Assembly (NCBI GenBank): GCA_037440465.1
Contig: JBBIUB010000002.1
Span: forward strand, 32,001 to 96,000
Origin: Coprothermobacterota bacterium
GTDB taxonomy: Bacteria > Coprothermobacterota > HKB111
Length of the DNA: 64,000 nt
Reading direction: 5' to 3'
Shown here: piece after piece, positions 63,002-64,000 of the stretch
Layout of the letters: every line of letters starts with the position of its first letter
Position numbering within the stretch: the stretch's first letter is position 1
Translations under genes and position numbers: made by a program
The notes under the pieces: model-generated
What the model was told of the DNA's origin: nothing
Seen by the model: the letters and a program-made list of their open reading frames with translations, nothing else
The model's database searches: none

Positions 63002-64000
63002 TTATGGATAAATAACCACCCTTCTATAAGGATCATCTCCAATACTTTCACTTTTCAAACCATGCTTCTGAATGAAAATATGTTGTAATTTTCTTAAAAA
63101 GGGGGGGCGAGGTGACAGTTCCTGGGGTTCCTTTGTTCTGAAGGTAGTTTCTACCATTGCTTTTGCTTCATTAAGAGCACTCTCTTCGCCTTCACTTATT
63201 TCAGTTGCTGATCTTAGTGCATACAAAATCTCTGCTGAGGTATTACTTTTAAGTGTCCATAAAGGCAAGTTCATTTCAGCAGCTTCTCTAAGGGGAACAG
63301 GGCGTCTCTTTAAGTGTGACTTCAAAGCCATAACAAAATCAGCATTCTTTAATTCTCTGGTTATGAAAATTTGTAACCTGTTGTCTTTAATAACTTTTTC
63401 TAACTTACGATTGTTCACACCAAATGGGAAAACCCTGTATATCCTGTCTTTTTTCTCTAATTCAAAATCCATGGGTTCTTCTACAGAAGCAACAACTTGA
63501 ATTACACCATTTTTCCCCCTTCTTCTTATCTCTGGCTTGGGAGCATAACCTCTTAGGTAAGCGTCTACAACCTTTGCAACATCATGATGAATAGCCAGAG
63601 TATACCAGCTTTGTATCTCAATTAAAATATCAAAGGTAGGAGGAGCTTTTCTTTCCAACACCGCCTTCTGAGTCCCCCGTCTTTTGGCTTCTTCATCACT
63701 TAAGGTTACTACTTCGACTCCACCTACCAGATCAGATAAAGTTGGGTTTTGAAGCAAATTATCCAGTGTGTTTCCATGAGCAGTAGCAATAAGAACTACA
63801 CCCCTTTCAGCTATTGTTCTGGCAGCGTTGGCTTCTGCTTCTCTCCCAATCTCATCAATAATGATAACTTCTGGCATATGGTTCTCTACTGCTTCAATCA
63901 TAATATCATGTTGCAACTCAGGCCTGGGAACTTGCATTCGCCGGGCACTTCCTATAGCAGGATGAGGTATGTCTCCATCACCTGCTATCTCATTAGAGGT
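63002..64000 (-). CDS. SpoIIIAA/Ycf45-like AAA ATPase with C-terminal R3H domain (5' end lies outside the window)
   Basis: Frame stays open to the window edge (..SNEIAGDGDIPH..IG.ARRMQVP), EAVENHMPEVIIIDEIG, ATAHG, C-terminal L.PR...RKLQH..S.S.G.DP.RRV. Confidence 0.88.
   Translation of the reverse strand, partial: TSNEIAGDGDIPHPAIGSARRMQVPRPELQHDIMIEAVENHMPEVIIIDEIGREAEANAARTIAERGVVLIATAHGNTLDNLLQNPTLSDLVGGVEVVTLSDEEAKRRGTQKAVLERKAPPTFDILIEIQSWYTLAIHHDVAKVVDAYLRGYAPKPEIRRRGKNGVIQVVASVEEPMDFELEKKDRIYRVFPFGVNNRKLEKVIKDNRLQIFITRELKNADFVMALKSHLKRRPVPLREAAEMNLPLWTLKSNTSAEILYALRSATEISEGEESALNEAKAMVETTFRTKEPQELSPRPPFLRKLQHIFIQKHGLKSESIGDDPYRRVVIYP

Noticed and set aside
163..63500. Numerous short antisense or nested ORFs in the six-frame track
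   Set aside because: They lie opposite or inside well-supported genes and lack SD sequences and recognisable motifs

Overview
A 64-kb AT-rich (roughly 35% GC by eye) chromosomal segment from an anaerobic bacterium. Bacterial identity rests on infC-rpmI-rplT-pheS-pheT, tmk-holB-yaaT, sigma70-type promoters, an FMN riboswitch and CCA-encoding tRNAs. Contents in order: a panB / class III aminotransferase / unknown TIM-barrel operon; seven tRNAs in three clusters; a ~13.7-kb minus-strand N-heterocycle catabolic cluster (CoA-transferase III, C-N hydrolase, YahE/F/G-type oxamate-carbamoyltransferase-like genes, cyclase, three-subunit xanthine-dehydrogenase-family enzyme, NCS2 permease, MocA, XdhC); a Lon-like protease convergent with an aeRF1-like protein lacking GGQ; an ABC exporter pair; an internally deleted IS481 relic and an Fe-ADH pseudogene; an archaeal-type CODH/ACS operon (cdhA-DUF166-cdhB-cdhC-cdhE) followed directly by HydC/HydB (BfuC/BfuB)-like subunits, with no cdhD and no HydA/BfuA; then translation genes, mutS2, a class A PBP, the riboflavin operon and tmk-holB-yaaT. 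The best candidates for undescribed systems are the CODH/ACS-BfuBC operon and the heterocycle catabolic cluster. A dispersed octamer-repeat hairpin element is also notable. All calls come from motif recognition by eye; no database searches were run.
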